From Macrostomum hystrix (Eukaryota; Animalia; Platyhelminthes), in the NCBI GenBank assembly GCA_950097015.1, contig CATNEN010000006.1, positions 186,001 to 250,000 on the forward strand: a stretch of DNA of 64,000 nt, in the 5' to 3' direction. The position numbers and the translations under genes are program-made. The notes below the pieces were generated by a model that was given only the letters and a program-made list of their open reading frames with translations, searched no databases and had not been told where the DNA came from. Shown here piece after piece: positions 46,851 to 59,570 of this stretch (its first letter is position 1; the number at the start of each line of letters is the position of its first letter).

Positions 46851-47960
46851 GCTATTTTCTAGCAGGCCTCTGCTTTGCTGTAGATTCAGATGAGTAAGGC
46901 TAGGCAGGCAAACATTGCAGTGAACTGAGCTGCCACCGTTCTCTATTTTACAACTTAGATTACCTTTCTTCTTTTAGCTGCTCGCCAAGAATGGCAATGG
47001 GGGCAGAGATTGTTTCTGAGATTATATTTTCTCGGCCTCTGCTTTTGCTCCACTCGTTCCCTTCCCACGCAGAAAATTCCCCAAAGCTGTGTTGCCACTT
47101 CCGTTGGGATTATTTCTGGGTCATATCGGAAGGGGAGAAAACGTAGAGCCTACTGGGGCGCAGTAAATTTTGGAGGCGACGGAGCACGTCATCGCACATA
47201 ATTTTTTTGGGAAAATCTGACAATTGAATTCGAGAGAAGAGCAAGCAACTCCTCTGCCTTTTAATCTGCGTGCTACTAGCTGGTTGGGAAGATTACACTG
47301 GAATCCGGCTCAAAACCGGATCTGTACATCTCAGCAACGAAAAAGGACACAACAGACTTGACTGAATATTGAATTCGCGACAGTACATTAGAGAAATAGA
47401 GAGAGTTTACAGTTTGACAATATATTTATCCGTAATTTCGGTAATGCCCACATGAACCGGTATTTTCAAAATGCTGATACCTTGATCTTGATTTTGGCGT
47501 GGGAATGGTGTTGAGAAGGTGATAGGGCATGAGAAAGAGGTTACTCGCTATTGTTAAAGTTCCGGAACGTATTTGTGATTTCTCAAATAAATGAATCTCT
47601 GATTGGACTTTATATTGGTGAGTTCCACTTTTAAATAAAATGAGTGCCGTTTTATTACTTCTAGTCTGTTCTTTAGGCAAATTAGGTTGTAATATGAGAA
47701 TTACCAGTTAGGAAATGATGGAGTCTGATCGACTTGGTAGGAAAGCCCAGTACTGAATGCTTATTCAGTGTGATGAGTTGGCTTGCCATGAGGAAGACAC
47801 ATGACAATTAAAAACGACTTATAATTTGTCAAAAAGTTAATGTTATATTATTTTGTTTCTTTTCGTCGAAAAATATCTATTAAATTCTACATTCAAATGA
47901 TGCAGTCTATTATCAGAAAAAAACTGTGTTATCTTAATAACTTAATCCGACAAAACCAAA

Positions 47961-50260
47961 TCAGCGCTGAGCCTTGACTCTGATTCCAGCATGATTTCCA
48001 AAGCCAGGCTGCTGCTGCTGCTTGAAGGCCTGAGATCGAGGCACCTTGGCCATCAGTGAGGGCATGCGGTCGTACAGAGCATCGATGTCGTGGTCAAAAC
48101 TAGCGACGGAATTGTTGTGCCTTCCGATGACGCCACCACCGGCTGCAAAGGACGCCGCCAGTCGCTGCTGCTGCTGCTGCTGCGGCGGTGGCGGCTGCTG
48201 CTGCTGCTGATGCCGATGATTCGACGATGTCGGCGACTGAAGCGCTGACTCGGTGGACATTGCCAGCCGGAGGTCGTGAAGCTTCCGGCTGACGCTGCCT
48301 CGGTACACTCGACCAGCAGATTGCTGCGTTTCATCACTGGACTGCTGCTCCGACTCCTGGTGCGGCAGTTGGTCCTGAGGCTGGAACTGCAGCGTGCCCG
48401 TTGCGTGAGCACTTCGGTACAAGTGAACATCGCGACTGACGGTCATGGATCCGCCAGCAGTGCTGCCTCCGTCCTGTCCCTGTTGCCTGGAGGCGGCTCT
48501 CGAAGCCAGGTAGGCTCTGTCCAGCTGTACCAGCGGCGGCTGCTGTGGGCCAATCAGAGCGGCTCGGCGTGGAGGAGCTCGACACTTCAACGCCGCCGCC
48601 TCCGATTTGGTGCGCATGAGCATTAGGTGCTCAGCGTTGAGCCGCGTTGGCTCTAAAACTCGCTGCAGTCGGCCGCTGCAGGCCGGTAAGGAGGGCAACG
48701 AGAGCAGCGAGTCCGGGTGGGCGAACTCTGACCGCCTGATGCTCAGCGGGGTGAAGTACACGTTGCCATGGTAACCAGCCCACGCCTGCGGGTGGGAATT
48801 AGATGGCCAACAGCAGATTGTACTTGTGTACATAGCAGCTATTGTAGCCTTCTGAATTGAGTTCGCGGCCAAGAATATTTGGGTGCTTGATAATGAATAC
48901 CCACCTGTCTGTCTAGTAGCTTAGTTCCGTTGCAACGCAATCGTACGAGTTACTTACTTACAGGCGGGGTGATTCTAGGACAAACTTCCGTTTGTTTACT
49001 CAGTCAACTAAGTGAACTTTAGTGCGACAGAAACTGCAACAAGGCGAGACCAAGTACGAGTAAGTTCTCTGGTTCCGTTCCTCTCAAATGTGCAACTGAA
49101 GGATAGCACCCTTAGCCTTACAAAAGAGAAGCACTATATGCCTCCTCCCAAGCCCAAATTAACGTTTCTTTCTCTTTCAATACCACCCTTTGTACGTCGT
49201 TGCTTTCTTATTGAGGCCACTAACAATTTGCTGGTCTTGGAGAAAACTGATGAAGCAAGAAATGCGAGGCTGAAGAAGCAGCAAACCTTCAGTGGAGTCA
49301 TCGGTCGTGGTCTCTGCTGGCGAACATAGAAAACCCTTGGACCGCCGAATCCTGGCGGTGGGTCAGCCGCGCCGTCGCTGCCCTGCCGGTGCCTCTGCCA
49401 GTCTGACGAGCTGAGCGGGTTCGTGACGCAGCGAGCTGCCACCAGACTCACCGCCTCGTCGTATATCTGCCGGCGCAGGACTGTTGTTGCCGTCTGCTGC
49501 GATGGTCTGTGAGAGTCGGGGGCATTTTGGATATAATTTAAAAAGCAAAGACACTTAATGCAGTTGGGGCAGATGTACAGCGAGTGGCACAGCCACAGCC
49601 ATCCAAAAACTGAGTACAGCTTTTCTGTCCATGGACTGTGGGTGGCCAACACCCACCGATATTTTTACAGCGGTGCGGTACACTGAAGCGAGGGGACATT
49701 AAGCGTCCATTTCAAACTTTTGACTCATACAGTTTTGACACAAACTTTCGTTTAAACTCAAAGGTTGTGAAAACTTGATTTGTCCTATCAAGCGCTACTG
49801 CGCACCTGCTGACACCCTGTCGTCTGGAGAAGTCGGTGCAGGGCGTTGTCGGTGTGTTGGCTGGCTGAATTCTCGTCAGAAGCTCCCGCTCGGCCTGCGG
49901 CAGAGTCGTCGGTGACTCGGCAGCCGGCGGCGGCTGCGCCAACGGTGATGGCGACCTCGGCTGTGGACTCTGCGCAAGCAGTCCAGGCGACGTTGCGTTA
50001 GCTGCGGCTGCCGAGGTGACATCAGCATCAACGATCCGGTCGTCAACTGATGGCGCGGGAGTGGGCGTTGGCGCCGCATCCGGGGCTGCCTGCCTTGGCT
50101 CGAGTTCAGGTTCGACGCCACCAGCCGTGTTGCGAACTCCGGGATCGCTCCATGCACTGTTGGGCCGGACTGGGTCTTCAGCCACCTCGGCGACATCGCC
50201 GAGCGCAACAGTGTTGAAGTCGTCAACCTGACGCTTGCCCGCAGCGGATGAGTTAAGCAT
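47961..50260 (-). CDS. Multi-exon low-complexity (Pro/Ala- and Gln-rich) protein of unknown function; 5' end uncertain
   Basis: Phase-compatible exons ~49816-50260, 49669-49682, 49452-49506, 49287-49402, 47961-48785 with AG/GT boundaries; GC-rich; poly-Q tracts; no recognised domain. Confidence 0.6.
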
Positions 50261-50924
50261 ACCTCTTGACTTGCTTGAGTACACGAGCTAATCCTCGGTA
50301 GCTTCTTTTAGTGAGGCCGGGGGGCTGGTTGGGTCTTGACTCTGCTTGGACAACGGCCCCGTTAGAGTTGCCGAGGAGTAGCTCTCAGTTTGGCAATTGC
50401 CAGAGCAGAAACTGCACACTTACAGAGTGCAGCGCATTGGATGGAGGCTGAGCACAGTTATTATTCTTAAGCTGTGTGGGGTTCGGGTCCATTGTCTCGA
50501 CAGCATCGTACAAGCTGCCTTGGCTGTCTGCCCTCTTGGATTTGTCGACTATTTAAAGAGGCTTGGTTAATGGTAATTGTAGGAAAGTAGCGAATCAAAG
50601 AGGTTAGTAACTAAAAGGCGAGTAACACTATGAAAGAGAGAACACGCGGGCTTCGCATCTGAGTAGACACTTTCTGTCTGGGGACAGACCCCCTGTGCAG
50701 ACAAGACAGTGACCATACTTTGAGTACTGTCTAAAAATTGCATCAGAATTGAGCATTAAACTACATATTGCGCTCGTTGTTAGAAATTGAAGGCACGTTT
50801 AATTTACTCGAATATTTTTTCACCATCAAGGCAACATAGTTGCTAGGGACTCGGTTTCAATCGTTAAATCTCGGCAAACACCTTGATGGCAGCATGAACA
50901 AGTATGTAACATTTTAGTCTGTGG

Positions 50925-51240
50925 TAAGTGGCAGAGCGGTAGAACGCGTTTGCCTCTCGCACCAAGGTCCCTGAGCTCGATTCCGCGGCGAAGCCACATT
51001 AATTTGAGGCGCAGATGCGAAGAGAAGACTTAGAGGCTTGTCGTGCAATTTAATCCCATGAGGGCCAACCTCAAAAGCACAGTGAGAGGACACACTGCCT
51101 GACGATGAGAAAGTCAGGGCAGACGTACACACCTGAGTGTGCCTACGTACAGAATCTGTGTGAATTTTTGCTGAGGAGTCAGCGAAATGGGGCAGAATTG
51201 CCTTCTCGCTGGCTGCAGAGTCACCAAATGATGTCCTGTC
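50925..51240 (+). mobile_element. SINE family B
   Basis: gtggcagagcggtagaacgcgtttgcctctcgc..gctcgattcc head and conserved body. Confidence 0.88.
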
Positions 51241-52789
51241 TAGATATTCGGCATGTCCTCTCACTTTAGGACTCTCGATTCAGGACAACTTTGCTACTGT
51301 TAGTAGTCTTGTCAATTCTTGGTCAACACATGCTGTTGTTAAGCCAAGCCAGTCAGAAATTTTCGGTGGCAGAAATATTTTCATAGGAGTGCAATCCGAT
51401 GCCCACAATGTTTTGCTTAAATTTTTGAAAGCCGAACTCAAAAGCTGTCACTTCAAAAATTGGTATCCATCAGTGAATTGAAATGGTTTCAAAACGAAAT
51501 GAAGAATGCCGTTTCGTCAATAGAGTAGGCTGTTATATTGCAGAATGAAGTGCAATCTCCTACCTAAGTTATCATTTCGCTATTTGCAATTGACTCCCTG
51601 CTGCAATTTCCTGATATGAATATTATGAAGGGTGTTTGTCAGAATGAGCTAAGAGCAATGTAAATTTTTTTAAAGTACCGTTAGCAAATTTCACGTCAAA
51701 TTTTTAGCTTCATTGGATTGGGGTGATATCTAAAGTGGTTGCAGCAATTTCTTAATGCTTTATTTAAATTGCACTTCTATAAGCACTGGGCTTCGCTGAA
51801 GGCTTTCCAGAAAATAATTTTTTTATCTTCAATCGAACATTTCTGTAGCTGCTGCTGCCTTGTGCAGAAGCAATGAACTGTAAACTTAAGGACGGCTATA
51901 AAAGGACTGGAAAATAGCAGACCTGAGCTGTGACGAAACACCACCAGCTGTAAGAAAACTCACTATTGTACTCTGAGAGGCCCTTAAAACTGTCTTTAAA
52001 CTTTCATGGAATGTGTACGTGTTAACAAAAATATTTATAATTTCAGTACCGAAATATATGGAATTTCAATTTTAATCTAAAAAGTTATCAGATGAAATTG
52101 GATTTTACACATCATATCCCTTTAGTCACACCATACCCATGTACCATGTATTACACCCGTACAGTCTTTTACCAAATTCTTCATTCACAAAAACAGTCTC
52201 TTCCTCATTCACCTAAGCAGTACACACATTTTTCACAGTCTCGTTGTGTCCAGTCCAGTATTAGTACAAAAACCATAGCGAGTGTCAAATGAGTTGGATC
52301 AGTGAGTTTCATCAAGCCCAATTATACCGAAAAAGATCAACAAATTTATCGATCAGGAACAGACGGAAAGCACAGGTCTGATTGTGCTCTGCTGATAAGT
52401 TTAGGTTATGTGCTTCAGTTTTGAATAGATTTTTGTTGCTTCTAGAGATGTCCATCATGTTCCCTTTTTACCTGGTTGGTTTGGAAGTGCCACCTGCATC
52501 AATTGAAAGACAGGGATAATGAAGTGCAGAGAAAGCTGAAGGCCGGGTCTCTTTCCTAATACACAATAGCGTTGGCACACATATTAATCGCCTCAGAATA
52601 TTGTTCCCAACTCTACGCACTTAGCACTAATTGAAACAAAGTACTTTAGCCTGTCAAACAGCTGTCCATGGACTGTGAGGACGCCGTACCCACCCCAAAT
52701 TTCTACCCCAGCTAATACCTGACCGTCTGTTAAAATTTCGAAGACCTGGCTCCTGGCCTACCAGAATAACAATTATAATAATAATTGCA

Positions 52790-53125
52790 GAAGTGCTGCG
52801 GGAAATGGCACATCATTAAGTGACAGCAGCCAGCGAGGAGGCAATTCTGCCCATTTCGCTGACTCCTGAGCACACACACACAGATACTGTACGCAGGCAC
52901 ACGCTCACACAGGTGTGTACATCTGCCCTGACTTTCTCGTCGTCAGGCAGTGTACATTTCACTGTGCCTTGGAGGTTGGCCCTCAAGGGCGGAAATTGGA
53001 CGACAAGCCCCCAAAGCCTTCTCTCCGCGGCTGCGCCCCAAAAGAATGTGGCCTCGCCGTGGAATCGAACTTAGGGACCTTGGTGCGAGAGGCAAACGCG
53101 TTAACCGCTCTGCCACCGCCCCCTC
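52790..53125 (-). mobile_element. SINE family B (reverse orientation)
   Basis: Reverse complement of the 44316 copy; (AAT)n tail at about 52770. Confidence 0.88.
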
Positions 53126-53489
53126 CTGGCCTACCAGGTCTCTAAGGGAAAACTGTAAGCATGGTCCTTACTATAACAAATCAATCATATATGCTGGAAA
53201 ACAACAGCTAGCAATTAACAACGCAGAAATTTTTTCTACCTCTCAAACCATTGAATGGAAAGTCACGTCGTTGTGAAAACCGAATCTACCAGTCGACAAG
53301 CACGTTTTCCATTGTCGCTTTGTCTGATGCTACTCTCTTTAGTTTTGTTTATTTTCTGCGAGTTTAGAAGAAAACAATGCATTGCTTTCTAAGTTTTGTT
53401 TTCTGCTTGTAACTTTCCTGCCGATGAGTTGTTTTTTGCAGTCTTTTGCTTTCGATTGATGGAAATCAATGAGCGGCTGATTGATAACG

Positions 53490-53600
53490 AGAGCGGCGAC
53501 TCTCGCTCCTAAGTACCTGAGCTCGAATCCGCGGCGAGGTCACATTAGTAGGGCTTTGCGGCTTGTTGTGCTAGTGTACACTGCCTTGTGATGAGACATC
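53490..53600 (+). mobile_element. Truncated, decayed SINE family B
   Basis: ctctcgctcc..gagctcgaatccgcggcgagg..gtgtacactgcc. Confidence 0.55.
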
Positions 53601-54033
53601 CGTGTGAATCCAGCAGCACCCACTAATAAATTACTGATATTGTTATTAATGCTATCGACTAAATGTCAAATTATTTATTAGAATATAAAGCGCAGATATT
53701 GTATTTGTTTGAAGACGCGAGGCACAATTGGCGTAGAAAGGCTTGAAAGCATATAAAGCCTAAAATGTAAACAAGCAGATCAGAGCAAAAAGATTCAGCA
53801 GAAAGTACAAGCAGCACTTGCAAAAATGTCGTCATTTTCGTAGACTAAATTATGGCAGCTTCGGATAGGAGCCAGTTCTTGGCTATTGTGTTTCAAATAA
53901 TTGTGTTTTGCGACGTGCCGGTTGCTGAAAGTGAAATCACTTTTCTATTGAACTGTCCGAGAGTGAAACAATACACAGAGATTGAGTAGTGACAGCACAG
54001 CATGAGTAGCTCATGCTCCGTGCAATGGCGTCA

Positions 54034-54960
54034 TCAACGCCGACGAAGCAGCCTCCGCATAGATGCTTCTCGCAGGCGCTGATTGGTTGCCAGCATGAGC
54101 AGCGGATTGCAGGCACTGTTGCTGACTGCCATGACGAAGAGCAGCCGAGTCATGACCAGCAGCCGTGGCACCAGCAGGTTGCACAGGGTTACTAAAATGA
54201 TGGGGCCCCACAGTGCTAGGAACAGGCACCAGGTAATAAACAGGCTGCGCGCGAGTCTGGTAGCAGAGCTGCGCGACTCCCTCGCCTTGCCACCGCCGCC
54301 GCCGCCACCGCTGCCAACCGTGGTGACAACAGTTGGAGAGCCACCGCCGCCGCCAACAGCCTTCTGGGATCGTCGGTAGGCCACGTAGATTCCGGCGTAG
54401 CAGCCGAGAGACACGGCCAGAGCCGGGAAGCCGACCGCCAAACAGCCGAAGCCGAGAATGTAGAAGTAGCTGGGCTGGTGATTCGACAGGAACAGGCAGG
54501 CTCCGAACGCTTCGTTCAGGCCATAGCGGCCGAAGCCAAGGAGCGGCGGCAGGGCGAACAAGGCTGGCACCAGCCACACGAGGGTCAGGCTTATCGCAAC
54601 GCCGCGACGGTTGAAAATTTTTGCGAAAGTTGCCTGCGAATGCGCGATGAACAGGTAGCGATTGGCCGCCATCAGAGCCATGTTGTAGAGGCTGGTCTCC
54701 AGCAGTAGCATGCCAGCGTAGGCCAGCACAATGCAGCAGTCCACGCAGCAAGCGGACGTCGCGAAGTCGAATCTAGCTGGACTGCCGGCGTAGTTTGCTA
54801 GCAAGCCGGGTGTGGTCACCGCCGAGACGAGAAAGTCTACCACAGCCTGATTGGCCAGGTAGACATTCGGAGTGATGTGCAACTGACGAGTGGTGGCAAT
54901 AGTCACGAATATTGCTAGGTTGCCACAAGCACCAACGAAGGCGGCCAGGGCTGCAATCAA
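54034..54960 (-). CDS. Intronless class A GPCR, melatonin-receptor-like; start codon unresolved
   Basis: TM1 GN, TM2 YLANQAVVD, TM3 MAANRYLFIAHS (NRY, as in melatonin receptor NRYCYICHS), TM4 W, ECL2 Cys, TM6 WGP, TM7 SNSACNP. Confidence 0.88.
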   Translation of the reverse strand: MIAALAAFVGACGNLAIFVTIATTRQLHITPNVYLANQAVVDFLVSAVTTPGLLANYAGSPARFDFATSACCVDCCIVLAYAGMLLLETSLYNMALMAANRYLFIAHSQATFAKIFNRRGVAISLTLVWLVPALFALPPLLGFGRYGLNEAFGACLFLSNHQPSYFYILGFGCLAVGFPALAVSLGCYAGIYVAYRRSQKAVGGGGGSPTVVTTVGSGGGGGGGKARESRSSATRLARSLFITWCLFLALWGPIILVTLCNLLVPRLLVMTRLLFVMAVSNSACNPLLMLATNQRLREASMRRLLRRR

Positions 54961-56704
54961 TAATAAATCAGCTTCAATTGGAAAGGCTTCTGTCTATGGT
55001 CTATTGCACTGTTGGTATTATTGCTAAGTTATAGCGGGAATCATTGATAACCACTTATTTTAAATCTCCCTTCACTTGTAAAATAATGTATTTTACATTA
55101 TGTAATAATGTAATGGTAACAACAATCAGTTTTTGAGAATATTTAATCCCCTTAGCAATGAAGTTAAGCTTAAAAAAATACGTGTACCGATTCGGGCTCA
55201 TTTGAAATTATCTGGCGAAGGAATTATGACTATGGGTTGAGCAGTTCGTGAGTTAGTCGATTGCAAACAAGCAAGATTATGATATTCCAAAGCTTCACAA
55301 TTGTGTATGGAAGCCAGTACCGAAATTTGCGTTGTACCGAATTGTGCTCAGATATCAGTTATATTGGAACCCACTCCACCCCCCCATTAGGGTCTACTGG
55401 GAAGCATCAGGAGAATAGGCATGCGTTCTACTGTAGCTCCTAACTCATGCTCCCAATTCATTGCGAGTGGCTAATCTCATGCTGTCCTAATGATTGACTT
55501 GCCAATGTCCAGTGGTTTGATGGGTTTTGTCGAACTCATCTGCTAACTTATCATGTCTCGATTGCGTGTAACTCTGCTGACTTTGGCTCCGATCGCATTG
55601 GAAATAAAAGTACGCGTTATTTGAAGGCTGCATGTTGACTTATTTCAGAACTGCGTATATTTGAATTTGTGATCTGGAATTCAGTAGAACAGTATTTGAT
55701 CAATTTACTTTTTGTATTTTTTATATTTGCATTCGTGCTCAGCAGTTAAGTAATCATTGTACTCGAGATCTAGCAGTTGATGTCAGAAGTGCTCTGAAAA
55801 TTTCACAGCTTATCGCTATTCATTTCAAATCAAATTATCAAATTAAAGGCCTTTTAAATAATTAATTTCCAGCAGCAGTTTTTCAATGAAATCCCCGGCT
55901 TCTTAGAAAAAAGGTACTTGAAAGAGATTATTCCATTCGACACCGCGAGGAGCCATACAAAAGAGAGAACCAAATATATAGTACGGAGTACGGAATGGAA
56001 AAGGTGAAGCTTCTCAAAGTCTGAGCCATTGAATTGGAAGCAGCCGTGAAGTGCCCGAGCCGGTAGTGAAATTGTTGGCCTTGAAAAGCTGACATCCTTG
56101 CTTCAAGCAGCTTCAAGAGCTCTAAACTTCTCAGAATGCCAACAAAGCGCGCTTTGAACAACTCGAAGGTCTTCAATCTCTCATGCAATATAAGAGAAGA
56201 AAATTTGTTCGTAGTCTGATGAATAGAGAGACACCGCTTGGCACAGCTACCGTTGACGCACTGAAATAATCACCTTTGGCTTTTTTCAAAGTTTTCTGTT
56301 CTTCTCTAGCCTTTATTATCTCGCTCAATATTTCCATTCTGGTGCTGCTCTGGTCTAGCCGGGAGTGCAATAATCTTCCTGCATTTATTTCCGCCCGTCA
56401 CTCATCGCCTTCCTGAAACCATGGGGTTCATCACAGTTCTGCCTATGATTCTTTTGTTTTAAGAATCTTTCTGGAATGAAAATATAGTGCTGCGGTGCAG
56501 TTCTGCAGGTCAGTCCAACATTTGCATTTGCATTTTACTCTTTTAGTAAGGTGCGCGATTGATTAGTACAAGATGGGAAGACTAACAAAAATGACTCATT
56601 GAGGCAGCTTGAGACAGGTTTAGTGTTGACCTTTGAACTTAGCGGTTCTTTCTTCGACGCTTAAGTAATTTCACAGTTTAACAATATTTACAAAACATTT
56701 AATA

Positions 56705-57006
56705 GTAATAACAATTATTAATAAGGCGTAAGAGGCCTAATCAGGCCGATGTGCAGCCGATAGCACAGCGCAGCTATTGTGCGGTGCATCTGAAGGCTGC
56801 GCCAATAGACTGTTCAGTCCATGGACTGGGGGCACACTCAACCTTAATTATCATCCCTGCTGAGGCTAGTACCCATTTCGCAGCTGCTAAATGAAAGCAG
56901 TGCAGAGTTAACTGTCTTGCTAAAGGACAAAAATTGTTCCAGTAGAGTCAGGAATCGAACCCCCGTCAAGTTGTGAGTCCGACACTCTAACCACTAAACT
57001 AAAGCC
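56705..57006 (-). mobile_element. CORE-type SINE family A (reverse orientation)
   Basis: ggaatcgaaccc..gtgagtccgacactctaaccacta; gttaactgtcttgctaaaggac; gatgtgcagccga. Confidence 0.9.
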
Positions 57007-57729
57007 TTTACTTTTACGTTTACATCTAATACGTGTTGCAATTACAAAACAGTTTAAATAAATGCGTCGATCATCCATCCATCGTCAAGATCTTCGCGGG
57101 TGAACTTAAATAAAATAATTTTCTTCAAATCTGCTCACCTAGCCACGCAGAGAACACAATTGATGCTGGATGAAGTCCTTCAGTGCCAGTAGTGGAGTTT
57201 AGACTCGTAGACGAGTTTGAGTCCATGGAACCGGATGGCTGTTGTGCTGAGCGGACTCAAAATCAAACTGTCTCGGTGTGGCACAAGCATCGCTTTAGTA
57301 ACTATTAGTTTTGCTGCCTGCCTATTGGCTGGCCAATGAGTCTCTGAGGCCTGGCAAGTCTGTAGGAATCTCTGCTGTCACTAAGCCCAAGCAGCCCTAG
57401 ACATTCTCCTGGAAAAAATATTAAATTGCAAAGAAGATATCAGAGAGCGACCTAAGTCTAATGCACGCGATTCAGACTCCGGTGTTGATAATAGGGTTTC
57501 ACTGCAGCAATTTGCTTGATCAAATAAAAAATTTCAGATATGGAATTTTCAGCACAGGAGGATGGCAATGCTGGGTCATAATGCGAATTGTGGAAAAATA
57601 CAAATTTTAGAGACTAGTAAAATCTATTCTTAACTAGCAATTAATCGTCAGCTGTGCAATGTGTATGAAACCGCAAAAATGTTGACTATTCATTCTGTGA
57701 ACCATGGCAAAAGCGTCAGTTGCCATGCG

Positions 57730-58799
57730 GTTTGTCAGCAGTGAGTTTTGTCAGCAGTGAGTTTTGTCAGCAGTGAGTTTTGTCAACAGTGAGTTTTGTC
57801 AGCAGTGAGGTTTGTCAGCAGTGAGGTTTGTCAGCAATGAGGTTTGTCAGCAGTGAGGTTTGTCAGCAGTGAGGTTTGTCAGCAATGAGGTTTGTCAGCA
57901 GTGAGGTTTGTCAGCAGTGAGGTTTGTCAGCAGTGAGTTTTGTCAGCAGTGAGTTTTGTCAGCAGTGAGTTTTGTCAGCAGTGAGGTTTGTCAGCAGTGA
58001 GGTTTGTCAGCAATGAGGTTTGTCAGCAGTGAGGTTTGTCAGCAGTGAGGTTTGTCAGCAGTGAGGTTTGTCAACAGTGAGTTTTGTCAGCAGTGAGGTT
58101 TGTCAGCAGTGAGGTTTGTCAGCAGTGAGGTTTGTCAGCAGTGAGGTTTGTCAGCAGTGAGTTTTGTCAGCAGTGAGTTTTGTCAGCAGTGAGTTTTGTC
58201 AGCAGTGAGTTTTGTCAGCAGTGAGTTTTGTCAGCAGTGGGGTTTGTCAGCATTGAGGTTTGTCAGCAATGAGGTTTGTCAGCAGTGAGTTTTGTCAGCA
58301 GTGAGGTTTGTCAGCAGTGAGTTTTGTCAGCAGTGAGTTTTGTCAGCAGTGAGGTTTGTCAGCAGTGAGTTTTGTCAGCAGTGAGGTTTGTCAGCAGTGA
58401 GTTTTGTCAGCAGTGAGGTTTGTCAGAAGTGAGTTTTGTCAGCAGTGAGTTTTGTCAGCAGTGAGTTTTGTCAGCAGTGAGTTTTGTCAGCAGTGAGGTT
58501 TGTCAGCAGTGAGGTTTGTCAGCAGTGAGGTTTGTCAGCAGTGAGGTTTGTCAACAGTGAGTTTTGTCAGCAGTGAGTTTTGTCAGCAGTGAGGTTTGTC
58601 AACAGTGAGTTTTGTCAGCAGTGAGTTTTGTCAGCAGTGAGGTTTGTCAGCAGTAAGATTTGTTAGCAGTGAGGTTTGTCAGCAGTGAGGTTTGTCAGCA
58701 GTGAGGTTTGTCAGCAGTGAGGTTTGTCAGCAGTGAGGTTTGTCAGCAGTAAGGTTTGTCAGCAGTGAGGTTTGTCAGCAGTGAGGTTTGTCAGCAGTG
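57730..58799. repeat. 16-bp satellite (TTTGTCAGCAGTGAG[G/T])n, about 67 units
   Basis: Exact period 16 with a binary G/T variant and occasional CAACA/CAATG variants. Confidence 0.98.
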
Positions 58800-59389
58800 T
58801 GGTTTATCACATTCTTCGTCAGCTTGTGCTATATCCGGAAGTAACTCTGGAAGGTCTGTTATGAGCTTTTCGCAGCTTTTGTGCATATTTGATCTCTGCC
58901 AAAAGATCAAATATCGCCTCGTAAACTTAGGCAGGCAGTTTTGCCTGCAGAAGAACAATGTGTATTCTCTATAGTGGTCAGTTACAAACAAATTTAACTA
59001 TTTTTCCAACGTGCAAGAACTACCCGTTCTGTCCAGCCATGCTCCCAAAGCATTTGGTGCATTGCCATTTGTCTCAGGTCTGTTTCACTATTTGCTATTA
59101 TAATTGGCTGGGCTATCGTGAGCTAGCTAAAGGTATAGTCGTTACACTAAAGGTGCCACGATGCAATTGAGCAAGTAAACTGATCCAAAAGTACATTATA
59201 TGTGTGACGTGCTTTGTCCTCTTCTTAAATGCGTTCGTATGTAGAGCTGTATTCCTTTTATTTTATCTTTTATGTCGGATCCCAATACGTTTTTGCTAAT
59301 CATTTTCTTCTTTATATGCTAAACTGATCGGACAAAGAACAAACACAAGAACACAAGCATGAAATCAAAGTTTGATTTCCTTGGAGGAC

Positions 59390-59570
59390 AATTCTCCCAA
59401 GGCACATTGAGAGTGTACACTGTGTGGCGATGAGAAAGTCAGGGCAGAAGTACACACCTGTGTGAGGTTGTGCCTGCGTATAGTATTTGTGCGCGTGTGT
59501 GCTCAGGATTCAGCGGAATGGACAGATTGCCTCCATGCTGGCTGCGGGTCTGGTGTCACCAAGTGATGTG
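59390..59570 (+). mobile_element. 5'-truncated SINE family B
   Basis: gtgtacactg..gatgagaaagtcagggcag..gctcaggattcagcggaatg..gtgtcaccaa. Confidence 0.8.

Noticed and set aside
57730-58799. CRISPR-like array (also 11646-11992 and 46139-46321)
   Set aside because: Contiguous tandem units with no unique spacers, no cas genes and a eukaryotic context.
55928-59170. Possible additional minus-strand gene (RMEILSEIIKAREEQK.., CEKLITDLPELLPD..)
   Set aside because: I could not build a phase-consistent exon chain or recognise a domain.
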